64,000 bases of DNA, from assembly GCA_016234935.1 (NCBI GenBank), contig JACRNL010000004.1, positions 87,922 through 151,921 on the forward strand, written 5' to 3'. The DNA comes from Deltaproteobacteria bacterium. GTDB lineage: Bacteria; Desulfobacterota; GWC2-55-46. The notes beneath the pieces were generated by a model, which saw nothing but the letters and a program-made list of their open reading frames with translations, did no database searches and had not been told where the DNA came from. The position numbers and the translations under genes were made by a program. Shown here one piece after another: positions 43,826 to 52,811 of the stretch. Every line of letters begins with the position of its first letter. Position 1 is the stretch's first letter.

Positions 43826-45031
43826 CTACTTCAAGGCGTCGGCCAGCGAAGCGGCCTCACGGGTCTCCTTTACGTCGTGGACGCGGACGATCTCCGCGCC
43901 GTTCCTTATCGCGGCAACGGCAACGGCAAGGGAACCGGCGAGCCGCGCCTGTTTGCCGTCCGCGCCTTCTTTGTCCAGAATCCTGTTGATGAAGGATTTA
44001 CGCGACGCGCCTATGAGAATAGGCCTTCCGAGGGTCTTAAAGCCCTTTAAGTCCCTTATAAGATCGATGTTCCCTTGAACGGATTTTCCAAACCCCATCC
44101 CCGGGTCTATTATCGTCTTTTCAGGGTCAATGCCCCTGGAGGCCGCGAAATCGAGCCTGGCCGAGAGGTAATCAAAGACCTCGCCTGCAATGTCATTATA
44201 TTTGACGTCGTTTTGCATGGTGGCGGGCGTGCCTCTCATATGCATGAGTATCACCGGACATTGATACTCGGCGCACACGCCGGCCATGTCAGGGTCTGAA
44301 CTTAACGCGCTTATGTCGTTTATCATCTCGGCCCCGGCCTTTAACGCCTCCCTGGCGACCACGGCCTTCGTGGTGTCTACCGACACGGCAATGCCTTTGC
44401 CCGCAAGCGCCTCTACGACCGGCAGGACGCGCCTCAGCTCCTCGCCGGCGCTCACCGGACTTGCGCCGGGCCTTGACGACTCCCCGCCGACGTCGATCCA
44501 ATCGGCCCCGTCGGCGGTCATCCGCAGGGCGCGCTCCACCGCCATGTCTTTCTCGAAAAAAAGAGCCCCGTCGGAAAACGAATCCGGCGTGACGTTAAGT
44601 ATGCCCGCGATGAGCGTGCGCGGCCCCGCCGTCCAGCTTTTACCGCGCCCCTGGATATGGAACTCTTTCCTTTCCATATTCACGAGGGCGGCATTAAGCG
44701 ACTGGGCCACTTCGCAAAGGCCGAAAGACTGCGCCTTGAGTTTTTCTATTAATATGTTGAGTTGTTTCAGCGTGCCGGAGATTACCGCGCCGCTTTTGTC
44801 TATGGAGCATGAGGCCGCGCCCCTTGCGATGGCGGCCTCTCCGCCGATGGAGAGCACTTCCTGCTTTATGACGTTCGCCTGCGCGGGGACGAGCCCTTCG
44901 ACCTTGAAGTTGTAGTGGAGCTGCTTGGGCGCCATGATGCGAATGCCGGCGGGATCCACTCCGATGAGATCCATCTCGCGCCCGGCCCTGACAAGCGTCT
45001 CCATATCGATGCGTCTGACGGGCAGCCTCAT
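43826..45031 (-). CDS. folP: dihydropteroate synthase with ~150-190-aa N-terminal extension
   Basis: Pterin-binding domain GILNVTPDSFSDG and DVGGESSRPG. The ORF is open up to 45154. The start is uncertain (ATG candidates end at 45004, 45031, 45094 and 45154) and none has a good SD. Confidence 0.8.
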   Translation of the reverse strand: MRLPVRRIDMETLVRAGREMDLIGVDPAGIRIMAPKQLHYNFKVEGLVPAQANVIKQEVLSIGGEAAIARGAASCSIDKSGAVISGTLKQLNILIEKLKAQSFGLCEVAQSLNAALVNMERKEFHIQGRGKSWTAGPRTLIAGILNVTPDSFSDGALFFEKDMAVERALRMTADGADWIDVGGESSRPGASPVSAGEELRRVLPVVEALAGKGIAVSVDTTKAVVAREALKAGAEMINDISALSSDPDMAGVCAEYQCPVILMHMRGTPATMQNDVKYNDIAGEVFDYLSARLDFAASRGIDPEKTIIDPGMGFGKSVQGNIDLIRDLKGFKTLGRPILIGASRKSFINRILDKEGADGKQARLAGSLAVAVAAIRNGAEIVRVHDVKETREAASLADALK

Positions 45032-45193
45032 GGATAATGTTTTAACCGGGTGCTGGCGCTGTTGATTGACCGGGCCTCGGCCCGGCTCTGACATGAACCC
45101 ATACACGCGGCAACTCCGTGATATCAAAGCGCGCCGCCGCAGACAAACCGGCATCGAGCGGGCATCAGGGCCTCATGAAATCAGACGGCTCCG

Positions 45194-45270
45194 GGGGTTG
45201 AACCCCTTCAAACGGAAGCGCTTTTTTCAGATTGAAGGGGTTCAACCCCTTGAAGGGGGTCACCCCCCTC
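45194..45270. repeat. family D units, copies D3 and D4 (inverted pair)
   Basis: GGGGGTTGAACCCCTTCAA (45194-45212) and TTGAAGGGGTTCAACCCCTTGAAGGGGGTCACCCCCCTC (45232-45270). They overlap the ftsH 3' end. Confidence 0.75.
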
Positions 45271-47088
45271 AGCCGCGGAAGAAGACGCGGCTGAAGCAGT
45301 TTCAGAAATAATCCTGTCTATCTCGGCCCCGTTAAGAGACTCCTTCTCCAAAAGGGCGGACGCAAGGTTATTAAGCGTCTGGATGTTCGCCTCTATGAGC
45401 TTTCTTGCCCTTATGTAATTATCCATCACGGTCTTCTTTATCTCGCCGTCTATCTCCTTGGCGGTCTCTTCGCTGAAGTCCCTGCGCTGGGATATCTCCT
45501 TGCCGAGGAATATGTGCTCTTCGCGCTTGCCGAAGGTAAGGGGGCCCAGCTTGTCGCTCATACCCCATTCGCAGACCATCTTCCTTGCAAGCTCGGTGCC
45601 CCTTTCGATGTCATTTCCCGCGCCGGTCGTCATGTGATGGAGGATTATCTCCTCCGCGGCCCTGCCGCCCATGAGCACGGCGATGTTGTTGAGGAGGTAT
45701 TCCCTGTTGTATGTGTGCCGCTCGTCTATGGGGAGCTGCTGGGTAAGCCCAAGCGCCATGCCCCTGGGGATTATGGAGACCTTGTGTATGGGGTCCGTGC
45801 CGGGTATGAGCTTTGCCACGAGCGTGTGCCCTGCCTCATGGTACGCGGTGTTCTTCTTTTCAGAGTCGCTTATGATCATGCTCCTTCTCTCGCTTCCCAT
45901 GAGGAGCTTGTCCTTGGCTTCGTCGAACTCGCTCATATCGAGCTTTTCCTTGCTCCTTCTGGCGGCCAGAAGCGCGGCCTCGTTGACGAGGTTGGCAAGG
46001 TCGGCCCCGGAAAAGCCCGGCGTGCCCCTTGCTATGACGTCTAACCGGACGTTATCGGAACACGGGGTCTTCGCGGTATGCACCTTCAGTATCTCTTCGC
46101 GGCCCTTGACGTCGGGCTTGGTGATGACGACGTTCCTGTCGAACCTTCCGGGCCTGAGGAGCGCCGGATCAAGCACGTCCGGCCGGTTCGTCGCGGCGAC
46201 GATGATAACGCCTTCGTTGCTTTCAAAACCGTCCATCTCGACGAGGAGCTGGTTCAAGGTCTGCTCCCTTTCGTCATGTCCGCCGCCGAGGCCGGCGCCC
46301 CTGTGGCGGCCGACCGCGTCTATTTCATCTATGAAGATTATGCACGGGGCGTTCTTCTTGCCCTGCACGAAAAGATCCCTTACGCGGGAAGCGCCCACGC
46401 CAACGAACATCTCGACGAAGTCGCTGCCTGAAATGGAGAAAAACGGCACGCCCGCCTCTCCGGCGATGGCCTTTGCCAGAAGCGTCTTGCCCGTGCCCGG
46501 CGAGCCGACGAGCAGGACGCCCTTGGGAATGCGTCCGCCGAGGCGCGTGAACTTCTTGGGGTCTCTGAGGAATTCGATTATCTCCTCGACCTCCTGCTTT
46601 GCCTCTTCGATGCCGGCGACGTCTTTGAAAGTAACCCTGTGCTGGGCCTCGGTGAGGAGCTTTGCCTTTGATTTGCCGAAACTCATGGCCTTGCCCCCGC
46701 CGCCCTGCATCTGGCGCATGAAGAATATCCAGATGCCGATGAACAGCACCATCGGGAACCACGAGACGAATATCGAGCCCCATGACGGCGTGTCAATCAG
46801 GGCCTCCGCGGTTATCTTTACGCCGGAGGAGCGGAGTTTTCCGACGAGGTCGGGGTAGGCAGGGGCAAACGTCTTGAAGGATTTGCCGTCCTTTGCCTTG
46901 CCGACGATGTCGTTATTGCCCTGAATGATGACCTCCGCCACCTTGCCGTCCTCTACCTGCTGGATAAATTCGCTGAAGCTGATCTTTTCCGCCGGGGCCG
47001 GCTTGTTGTAACTTATAAGGTTAAACATGAGCACAACAGTGGCTATGATAACAAGCCACATTGCTATATTCTTATAGAACTGGTTCAT
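45208..47088 (-). CDS. ftsH: ATP-dependent zinc metalloprotease FtsH
   Basis: Two transmembrane segments, Walker [12 protein letters not shown] region, zinc motif HEAGH, 626 aa. Confidence 0.95.
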   Translation of the reverse strand: MNQFYKNIAMWLVIIATVVLMFNLISYNKPAPAEKISFSEFIQQVEDGKVAEVIIQGNNDIVGKAKDGKSFKTFAPAYPDLVGKLRSSGVKITAEALIDTPSWGSIFVSWFPMVLFIGIWIFFMRQMQGGGGKAMSFGKSKAKLLTEAQHRVTFKDVAGIEEAKQEVEEIIEFLRDPKKFTRLGGRIPKGVLLVGSPGTGKTLLAKAIAGEAGVPFFSISGSDFVEMFVGVGASRVRDLFVQGKKNAPCIIFIDEIDAVGRHRGAGLGGGHDEREQTLNQLLVEMDGFESNEGVIIVAATNRPDVLDPALLRPGRFDRNVVITKPDVKGREEILKVHTAKTPCSDNVRLDVIARGTPGFSGADLANLVNEAALLAARRSKEKLDMSEFDEAKDKLLMGSERRSMIISDSEKKNTAYHEAGHTLVAKLIPGTDPIHKVSIIPRGMALGLTQQLPIDERHTYNREYLLNNIAVLMGGRAAEEIILHHMTTGAGNDIERGTELARKMVCEWGMSDKLGPLTFGKREEHIFLGKEISQRRDFSEETAKEIDGEIKKTVMDNYIRARKLIEANIQTLNNLASALLEKESLNGAEIDRIISETASAASSSAAEGGDPLQGVEPLQSEKSASV

Positions 47089-47375
47089 CTAAATTTCCCT
47101 CTTGAGCAGGTTCAACCTGTTTTTTTTATAAATGCTTTTGTGTTCCCGCGTATTGCGCCGCGGGGATTAATTCAGTGAAAAACCGGCGGTTTTTACCCGC
47201 GTCCCTGCATTCTTGACGGCAAGCGCCTCACAGGAGGCCTGTCAAGCCCTTTACCACAATAAAAGATTTTGTCACATATCGAATGCATTTACAACATAAA
47301 TCTTACATGAAAATACGGACTTATGCGCGGAATTCATATGATTATTATCATCTTTCGGCCCTATTTCGACCTTGG

Positions 47376-48215
47376 CTAACCCTTCCCCCTGTTGCGGTAG
47401 GCCGCGACGGTAAAAGACGCGCTCAGAAGAAAAATATTGGCGGAGTAAAAAAACCAGAACAAAAGCATCATTATTGCGCCAAGGGAGCCGTAGATCTTAT
47501 TATAGCTCGGAAAGTTAAGCACATACCAGGCAAGCAGCTGTTTTCCGGCCTCCCACAGCACGGTGAAACAGAGCGCGCCGTAAAAGGCATACCGGAGATT
47601 GAGCCGCGCCCCTGAAAACATCCTGTATACAAGCGTCACGGAGAGCGTCATCAGCACGAATGGCAGAAAGGTTTTAAGCAGCAGCAAAACGATGAAATGG
47701 TAGGCCGCGTTCACCCCTGCGTAGCCGGTGTCGGCTTTGAGCGCCAGCCTCGCGCCGGCGGTAACGACGATGGACACGAAAGCGGAAAGAGCGAAGCTGA
47801 GCAGCACGAGCACGTTGACGACCTTGCGCCTGAAAAAGCCCCAGAAAGAATCATAACGCTCCTTCATGTCGAATATGGCGATGAGGCCGCCTGCGGCGGC
47901 GTTAAAAACCGTCTCGGCACTCACAAGCAGGAGGACAATGCTTATCCAGCCGAACGTCTTCCATGACCTGGATATCCCCATCAGGTCGTTTACGATGTAT
48001 GTGCTGAAGTACGGCAGGTTTTCCCGCACAAGGGACACGACCTTGTCCATAAGCCCGGCGCTTCCGCCCAGGACAAAGCCCAGCACCGCCACGATGAAGA
48101 TTAATACCGGAATGAGCGAGAAAAAGGCGTAAAAAGAGATGGCCGCAGCCAGATTGAAGCATGCGTTTTTCCTGAAGATGCTTATGCCGTCAAAGAGTAT
48201 CTTAAATAGCCGCAT
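47376..48215 (-). CDS. YihY/BrkB-family membrane protein
   Basis: 279 aa with ~6 transmembrane helices. N-terminus AAAISFYAFFSLIP is typical of the family. Confidence 0.7.
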   Translation of the reverse strand: MRLFKILFDGISIFRKNACFNLAAAISFYAFFSLIPVLIFIVAVLGFVLGGSAGLMDKVVSLVRENLPYFSTYIVNDLMGISRSWKTFGWISIVLLLVSAETVFNAAAGGLIAIFDMKERYDSFWGFFRRKVVNVLVLLSFALSAFVSIVVTAGARLALKADTGYAGVNAAYHFIVLLLLKTFLPFVLMTLSVTLVYRMFSGARLNLRYAFYGALCFTVLWEAGKQLLAWYVLNFPSYNKIYGSLGAIMMLLFWFFYSANIFLLSASFTVAAYRNRGKG

Positions 48216-48222
48216 TGAGGCG

Positions 48223-49554
48223 CTACTCCCTCTCCCTCTTTTTAAAAATTATCCTTATCGGGCAGATGTCAATGCCGAGCGAAGCCCTTATCGTGTTTAT
48301 CAGAAAACGCTTGTAGTTATCTTTGATGCCGTCCGGGTGATTGGTGAACAGCATGAACGCCGGAGGCGCGGTGCCCACCTGAGTTATATAGTAAAATTTG
48401 ACTTCCCTGCCCATGTATGACTGCGGGCGCTGCATGGTTTTAAACTCAGCAAGGAAGTTATTAAGGCGCGACGTTGAAATTTTTTCCCGCGTCTTTTCAA
48501 TGACCGCGTCAATCGTCTGAAAGACCTTCATGGCCCGCTGTCCCGTTAGCGCGGACACGAAGATAACCGGCGCATAGTCTATAAACGACCAGTCCTGCCT
48601 TATCGCCTTTGTCATGATGTCAACAGTCTTGTCGTCCTTCTCGGCAATATCCCATTTATTGACGACTATGACGCAGGCCTTTTTCTTGTCCTCTATTATG
48701 CCCGCAATCTTTTCATCCTGCATGGTAAGGCCTGCCGTGGCGTCTATCACGAGCACGGCAATGTCGCACTTTGAGATGCTCCTTATGGCCTCCATCACGG
48801 AATAGCTTTCAACCGTCCTCGAAATCTTGTCCTTTTTCCTTATGCCGGCCGTGTCTATGAACAGGTACTTTTTCCCGTCCTTCTCAAAGGGCGTGTCCAC
48901 GGCGTCCCTCGTGGTTCCGGCTATGTCGCTGACGAGCGCGCGCTTCTGGCCTATGAGCCTGTTAAGGAGCGAAGACTTTCCGACGTTCGGCCTGCCGACT
49001 ATGGCGACCTGTATCCTGTCCTCTTCCTCAATCACTTCTTCCTCTTTTAAAGGAAGCACCTTAACGACCGCGTCAATAAGCTCGTTCACGCCATAGCCCG
49101 CCTCAGCCGACACGGGCATGACCTCAGGGATGCCGAGCGAATAAAAATCTCCGAGCGCGTCTTCCTGCTTTTTCGAGTCAATCTTGTTCGCCGCGTAGAT
49201 AACGGGCTTGCCGCACCTGCGGAGCATCGCGGCAAGCTCAGCGTCGTCGCCAAGGGGCCCGCTTCTGCCGTCAAGGAGAAGGATTATCACGTCCGCTTCT
49301 TCAATGGCAAGGCGCGTCTCCTCCCTCACCTGCGCAAGTATCACGTCCTCGGCGTCGGCCTCGAACCCGCCCGTGTCAACGAGGGTAAACCCCCTGCCCG
49401 CCTCTTCGATGTCAGCGTAGTTCCTGTCCCTCGTCACCCCCGGCTCGTCAAGGACAATAGCCTTCTTGCTGCCGAGTATCTTGTTAAACAGCGTGGACTT
49501 CCCGACGTTGGGCCGCCCCACTATGGCGACGATTGGTTTTATAGTGGATTTCAT
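48223..49554 (-). CDS. der: ribosome-associated GTPase Der (EngA)
   Basis: Two tandem G domains (GRPNVGKS twice) plus a KH-like C-terminus. Start at the ATG at 49552-49554 (MKSTIKPIVAIVG). The track extension would overlap the nuclease gene. Confidence 0.9.
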   Translation of the reverse strand: MKSTIKPIVAIVGRPNVGKSTLFNKILGSKKAIVLDEPGVTRDRNYADIEEAGRGFTLVDTGGFEADAEDVILAQVREETRLAIEEADVIILLLDGRSGPLGDDAELAAMLRRCGKPVIYAANKIDSKKQEDALGDFYSLGIPEVMPVSAEAGYGVNELIDAVVKVLPLKEEEVIEEEDRIQVAIVGRPNVGKSSLLNRLIGQKRALVSDIAGTTRDAVDTPFEKDGKKYLFIDTAGIRKKDKISRTVESYSVMEAIRSISKCDIAVLVIDATAGLTMQDEKIAGIIEDKKKACVIVVNKWDIAEKDDKTVDIMTKAIRQDWSFIDYAPVIFVSALTGQRAMKVFQTIDAVIEKTREKISTSRLNNFLAEFKTMQRPQSYMGREVKFYYITQVGTAPPAFMLFTNHPDGIKDNYKRFLINTIRASLGIDICPIRIIFKKRERE

Positions 49555-49594
49555 GGAGTTCGTTTTTCCCGCTTGAGGCGATTTGAATGACAGG

Positions 49595-50131
49595 CTATTT
49601 TTCAGGCAGACCAAGCCAGGCTAAGGGCAAGGTATTGAACTTGTAGTGGCAATTCATGCTATGGATGTAATCCAGCACATCCTTGTAAACAGGATTTTTG
49701 AACCAATCGTTGAGTACGTAAACATACTCGACCTTAATACCCAATGAAACAACTAACTTGAGATACTGCTTTCTTTTGAAATCGCAAGTCTGAAGTTTTT
49801 CGTCTACTGAACCGGCAACTTGTTGCCACTTCACTTCGATAATATACAACGTTTCTCGCACAATGACCAGCAATGCATCATCAGGAAGAAGCTTTTTTGA
49901 AATTAGTTTTTTCCAATCAATAGAGTGCTCCTCAAGATATTGGTAAAACTCGTGCTTCTTGAAGCAATGTGCGACCAAGACATCATTAAAAAAAACACCA
50001 TTCCCTGCCTTCCCCGTAATCTTCTTTATATGATATCCCGTTATCTTTTTAAGCAAAGTTAAAAAATCGGCTTCTTTTTCAAACCTTAAACCAGTCAAGG
50101 TAGTTGCGCCACCCACTCCGCCTGTTTTCAT
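49595..50131 (-). CDS. type II restriction endonuclease candidate (PD-(D/E)xK)
   Basis: 178 aa, looks AT-rich. LLPDDALLVIV..LYIIEVKW fits PD...(E)xK. Lies directly downstream of the methyltransferase. Confidence 0.55.
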   Translation of the reverse strand: MKTGGVGGATTLTGLRFEKEADFLTLLKKITGYHIKKITGKAGNGVFFNDVLVAHCFKKHEFYQYLEEHSIDWKKLISKKLLPDDALLVIVRETLYIIEVKWQQVAGSVDEKLQTCDFKRKQYLKLVVSLGIKVEYVYVLNDWFKNPVYKDVLDYIHSMNCHYKFNTLPLAWLGLPEK

Positions 50132-50199
50132 ATCTTTGCCTTTTAATCATGTAAAATTAAAACTTTCTTAAGGAGGTGTTCATTTTTGCTTTTTATTCC

Positions 50200-51159
50200 T
50201 TAAGCAGTCTTGTGCAGTTTTGATACGGACGGCTTTTTTATTGCCTCTTCAATACGCTTCTTGGAAAGTTCCAAATAACCCTCCTCCGAATCTATGCCAA
50301 CATATTTTCTATTCAATAGCATTGCCGCGACTCCGGTCGTTGAACTTCCACAAAATGGGTCCAGTATCAGATCGCCATCTTTTGTAGACGCAAGAATTAT
50401 TCTCCTTAACAATTCAAGAGGTTTTTGTGTAGGATGTTTGCCGAAATGCTTTTCATCCGCTAATGGCGCAGAGATCGTCCAGACATTTTCAGCGGTTTGC
50501 TTCTCATCCGCCTCATTGAAGTGCCACAAATTCCTCATCTGCTTCCCGTGATTAGCTTCCTTCATGAGCGGGTAATTAAAGTAGTGTTTACTTTTATTGT
50601 TCTTGGCCGCCCACAAAACTATTTCCGTGGAATGAGTAAAATAACGGCAGGACAGGTTTGGCGGGGCATTGCGTTTATACCAAACAATATCGTTTAGTAT
50701 TTTAAAACCATTTTGCTGCATGGCAAAACCAACGGAATAAATAACATGAGTAGTTCCTGATACCCAGATCGTGCCATTGGGTCTCAAAACACGCTGACAT
50801 GCCTTGAGCCATTCGCGATTAAACTCGTGATCCTCTTCCAGCCCTTTGGATTTATCCCATTTACCCTTATTAACGGAAACCATCTTGCCCGCATGACAGG
50901 TAATCCCGCCATTTGAAAGAAAATATGGCGGGTCGGCAAAGATCATATCAACGCTATTTTCCCTTGCCTGATTCAAAGTCTTGATACAATCGCCTTTGAG
51001 CAGCTTAACAGAATGGCTGGGATTATCGTAATAAAGGCTGTATGGTTTTTGCGTGCCATAGCCCACTGTTTCTTCAGAAATATAAAAATCAAGCGGTTCG
51101 CCGGAAACGGTATATTCGATTTCCTTTTTTACCGTTTTTTTGATTCTTTTTCCGCTCAT
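50200..51159 (-). CDS. beta-class N6-adenine/N4-cytosine DNA methyltransferase
   Basis: Motif IV IFADPPYF lies N-terminal and motif I DPFCGSSTTG lies C-terminal, which is the beta-class permutation (PF01555 type). Confidence 0.85.
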   Translation of the reverse strand: MSGKRIKKTVKKEIEYTVSGEPLDFYISEETVGYGTQKPYSLYYDNPSHSVKLLKGDCIKTLNQARENSVDMIFADPPYFLSNGGITCHAGKMVSVNKGKWDKSKGLEEDHEFNREWLKACQRVLRPNGTIWVSGTTHVIYSVGFAMQQNGFKILNDIVWYKRNAPPNLSCRYFTHSTEIVLWAAKNNKSKHYFNYPLMKEANHGKQMRNLWHFNEADEKQTAENVWTISAPLADEKHFGKHPTQKPLELLRRIILASTKDGDLILDPFCGSSTTGVAAMLLNRKYVGIDSEEGYLELSKKRIEEAIKKPSVSKLHKTA

Positions 51160-51160
51160 A

Positions 51161-51409
51161 TTAACCGTTTTTATTGGAATTTATACCTTTTAGCAGATCG
51201 GCAGGTTTTACATTCAACGCGTCAGAAATCTTGAAAAGCACTTTCAGCGAGGGATACCTTAAGCCACGCTCAATCTGACCAACATAGCTCGTATGTATGT
51301 CGGCAAGCTCAGCCAATGACTCTTGAGTAATCTTTTTATGCTCTCTCAGTTTTTTTATGGATGAGCCGATGATGAAGCATCTAACGTCGTTTGAGAGTTT
51401 TTTGCTCAT
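51161..51409 (-). CDS. controller (C) protein, XRE-family HTH
   Basis: MSKKLSNDV..ITQESLAELADIHTSYVGQIERGLRYPSLKVL. Its stop lies 1 nt before the methyltransferase ATG. Start set at the ATG at 51407-51409. The track extension covers the putative operator. Confidence 0.7.
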   Translation of the reverse strand: MSKKLSNDVRCFIIGSSIKKLREHKKITQESLAELADIHTSYVGQIERGLRYPSLKVLFKISDALNVKPADLLKGINSNKNG

Positions 51410-51448
51410 GTGTGGGGAGTATAACTTGTTACAAATAATATCTGAAGA

Positions 51449-51475
51449 GACTATATGTAATAACAACATTTAGTC
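51449..51475 (-). promoter_or_regulatory. C-box-like operator candidate
   Basis: GACTATATGT-N7-ACATTTAGTC (10-nt inverted repeat, one mismatch), about 40 nt upstream of the C-gene ATG. Confidence 0.5.
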
Positions 51476-51553
51476 CCTGACACATATTGGATAGTGAATT
51501 TAACGTGGAAGAAAGACGAGAAAAATCAAGCTTTTGAAAAGAAAACAAATACG

Positions 51554-51678
51554 GCAGGCTGTTCAAAAAGCCACAGTTACAAGGCGGCAAGGCGCGAGGA
51601 ACGAGGCGTATTTTTGGATACCCCGCAGTGACGAGCAACGCGGACAACGCGGTAGATGGGGCTTTTTGAGCAGCCTGC
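51554..51678 (+). repeat. family A element, copy A6 (more diverged)
   Basis: GCAGGCTGTTCAAAAAGCCACAGTTAC ... GGTAGATGGGGCTTTTTGAGCAGCCTGC. It ends 2 nt before the TAG of era. Confidence 0.8.
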
Positions 51679-51680
51679 CC

Positions 51681-52580
51681 CTAATACCCGAACCCCTTCA
51701 TAACATCAGGCTTCTTGCCCCAGTCCTTTTCAACGCGCACGAAAAGCTCTAAAAAGACCTTTGTGCCGAGGAGCCTTTCGATGTCCTCTCTCGCGGCCGT
51801 GCCTATGCGCTTCAGCATGGCGCCGCCTTTGCCTATGATGATGCCTTTTTGGGAGTCGCGCTCCACGTGTATGGTCGCGCTTATGGAGATGAGGTTTTTC
51901 TTCTCCTTGAAGCTCTCCACCGCCACGGCGGCCGAGTACGGTATCTCGTCCTTAGTAAAAAGAAAAATCTTCTCCCGTATCATCTCGGCGGTGATGAAAC
52001 GCTCCGGCTGGTCGGTCATTATATCTTCGGGGAAGTACTTCGGCCCTTCGGGCAGGATGGCTTTTATGAGCTTCAGGAGAGTCTCTACGCCGTCTTTTTT
52101 GAGCGCGGAAATCGGGATAATATCCTTAAACGGAAAAAGCCCGGAACAGGTCTTTATAAGAGGCAGAATATCCTGCTTATTCACCGCGTCAACCTTGTTT
52201 ATGGCAAGGATGACCGGGTTTTTCAGCCTCTTGAAATTCTCGATTATCAAAAGGTCGTCTTCATTTATCTCTTTACCTGCTTCTATGAGGTATAAAACAG
52301 CGTCGGCGTTGTCAAGGGACGACATGGCCTCCCTTAACATGAACCTGGTCAAAAGCCCGCTGCCCTTGTGTATGCCCGGCGTGTCTATGAAGATTATCTG
52401 CGCGTCGTCAAAATTCGCAACGCCCCTTACGATATTCCTCGTGGTCTGCGGCTTTTGAGAGACAATAGATATCTTTTCGCCGATTACGGCGTTCAAAAGC
52501 GTGGATTTGCCCACATTCGGCCTGCCGATAATCGCGATAAAACCTGATTTAAACGGTTTTTCCTGTGTTTGCTCAGCCAA
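51681..52580 (-). CDS. era: GTPase Era
   Basis: GRPNVGKST, DTPG, NKVD and a C-terminal KH domain, 299 aa. Confidence 0.9.
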   Translation of the reverse strand: MAEQTQEKPFKSGFIAIIGRPNVGKSTLLNAVIGEKISIVSQKPQTTRNIVRGVANFDDAQIIFIDTPGIHKGSGLLTRFMLREAMSSLDNADAVLYLIEAGKEINEDDLLIIENFKRLKNPVILAINKVDAVNKQDILPLIKTCSGLFPFKDIIPISALKKDGVETLLKLIKAILPEGPKYFPEDIMTDQPERFITAEMIREKIFLFTKDEIPYSAAVAVESFKEKKNLISISATIHVERDSQKGIIIGKGGAMLKRIGTAAREDIERLLGTKVFLELFVRVEKDWGKKPDVMKGFGY

Positions 52581-52645
52581 TTTTCACCTCACACTGCACA
52601 ATAGCATCCCGAAAAAACAAAGTCCACCTGCCTTTTTTGAAACCT

Positions 52646-52733
52646 ACCTTTTTTGAAAAAAAGGTGCTGCGCACGGCTAAAGCCAAAATGCAACCCTTCA
52701 GCTTTGCCCACCGCAGGTGCCAAAAAACTTTAA
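52646..52733 (+). repeat. family E element, copy E5
   Basis: Hairpin ACCTTTTTTGAAAAAAAGGT, then GCTGCGCACGGCTAAAGCCAAAATGCAACCCTTCAGCTTTGCCCACCGCAGGTGC..AAACTTTAAT. Confidence 0.8.
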
Positions 52734-52767
52734 TTTTCCCTGCTGGAATCTGTATTGCTGACGGGAA

Positions 52768-52802
52768 TCTTTCCCCTCTCCCCGAAGGGGAGAGGGGAAA
52801 GA
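52768..52802. repeat. G/C-rich perfect hairpin
   Basis: TCTTTCCCCTCTCCCC-GAA-GGGGAGAGGGGAAAGA, 10 nt downstream of the cstA stop. No U-run follows, so I do not call it an intrinsic terminator. Confidence 0.6.
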
Positions 52803-52811
52803 CAACAGGAT

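Noticed and set aside
45671-46858. A 395-aa plus-strand ORF, the longest ORF on that strand in this region.
   Set aside because: It lies entirely antisense to ftsH, which has unambiguous motifs. Its Ser/Leu/Pro/Ala-rich low-complexity translation is typical of the opposite strand of a GC-rich gene.
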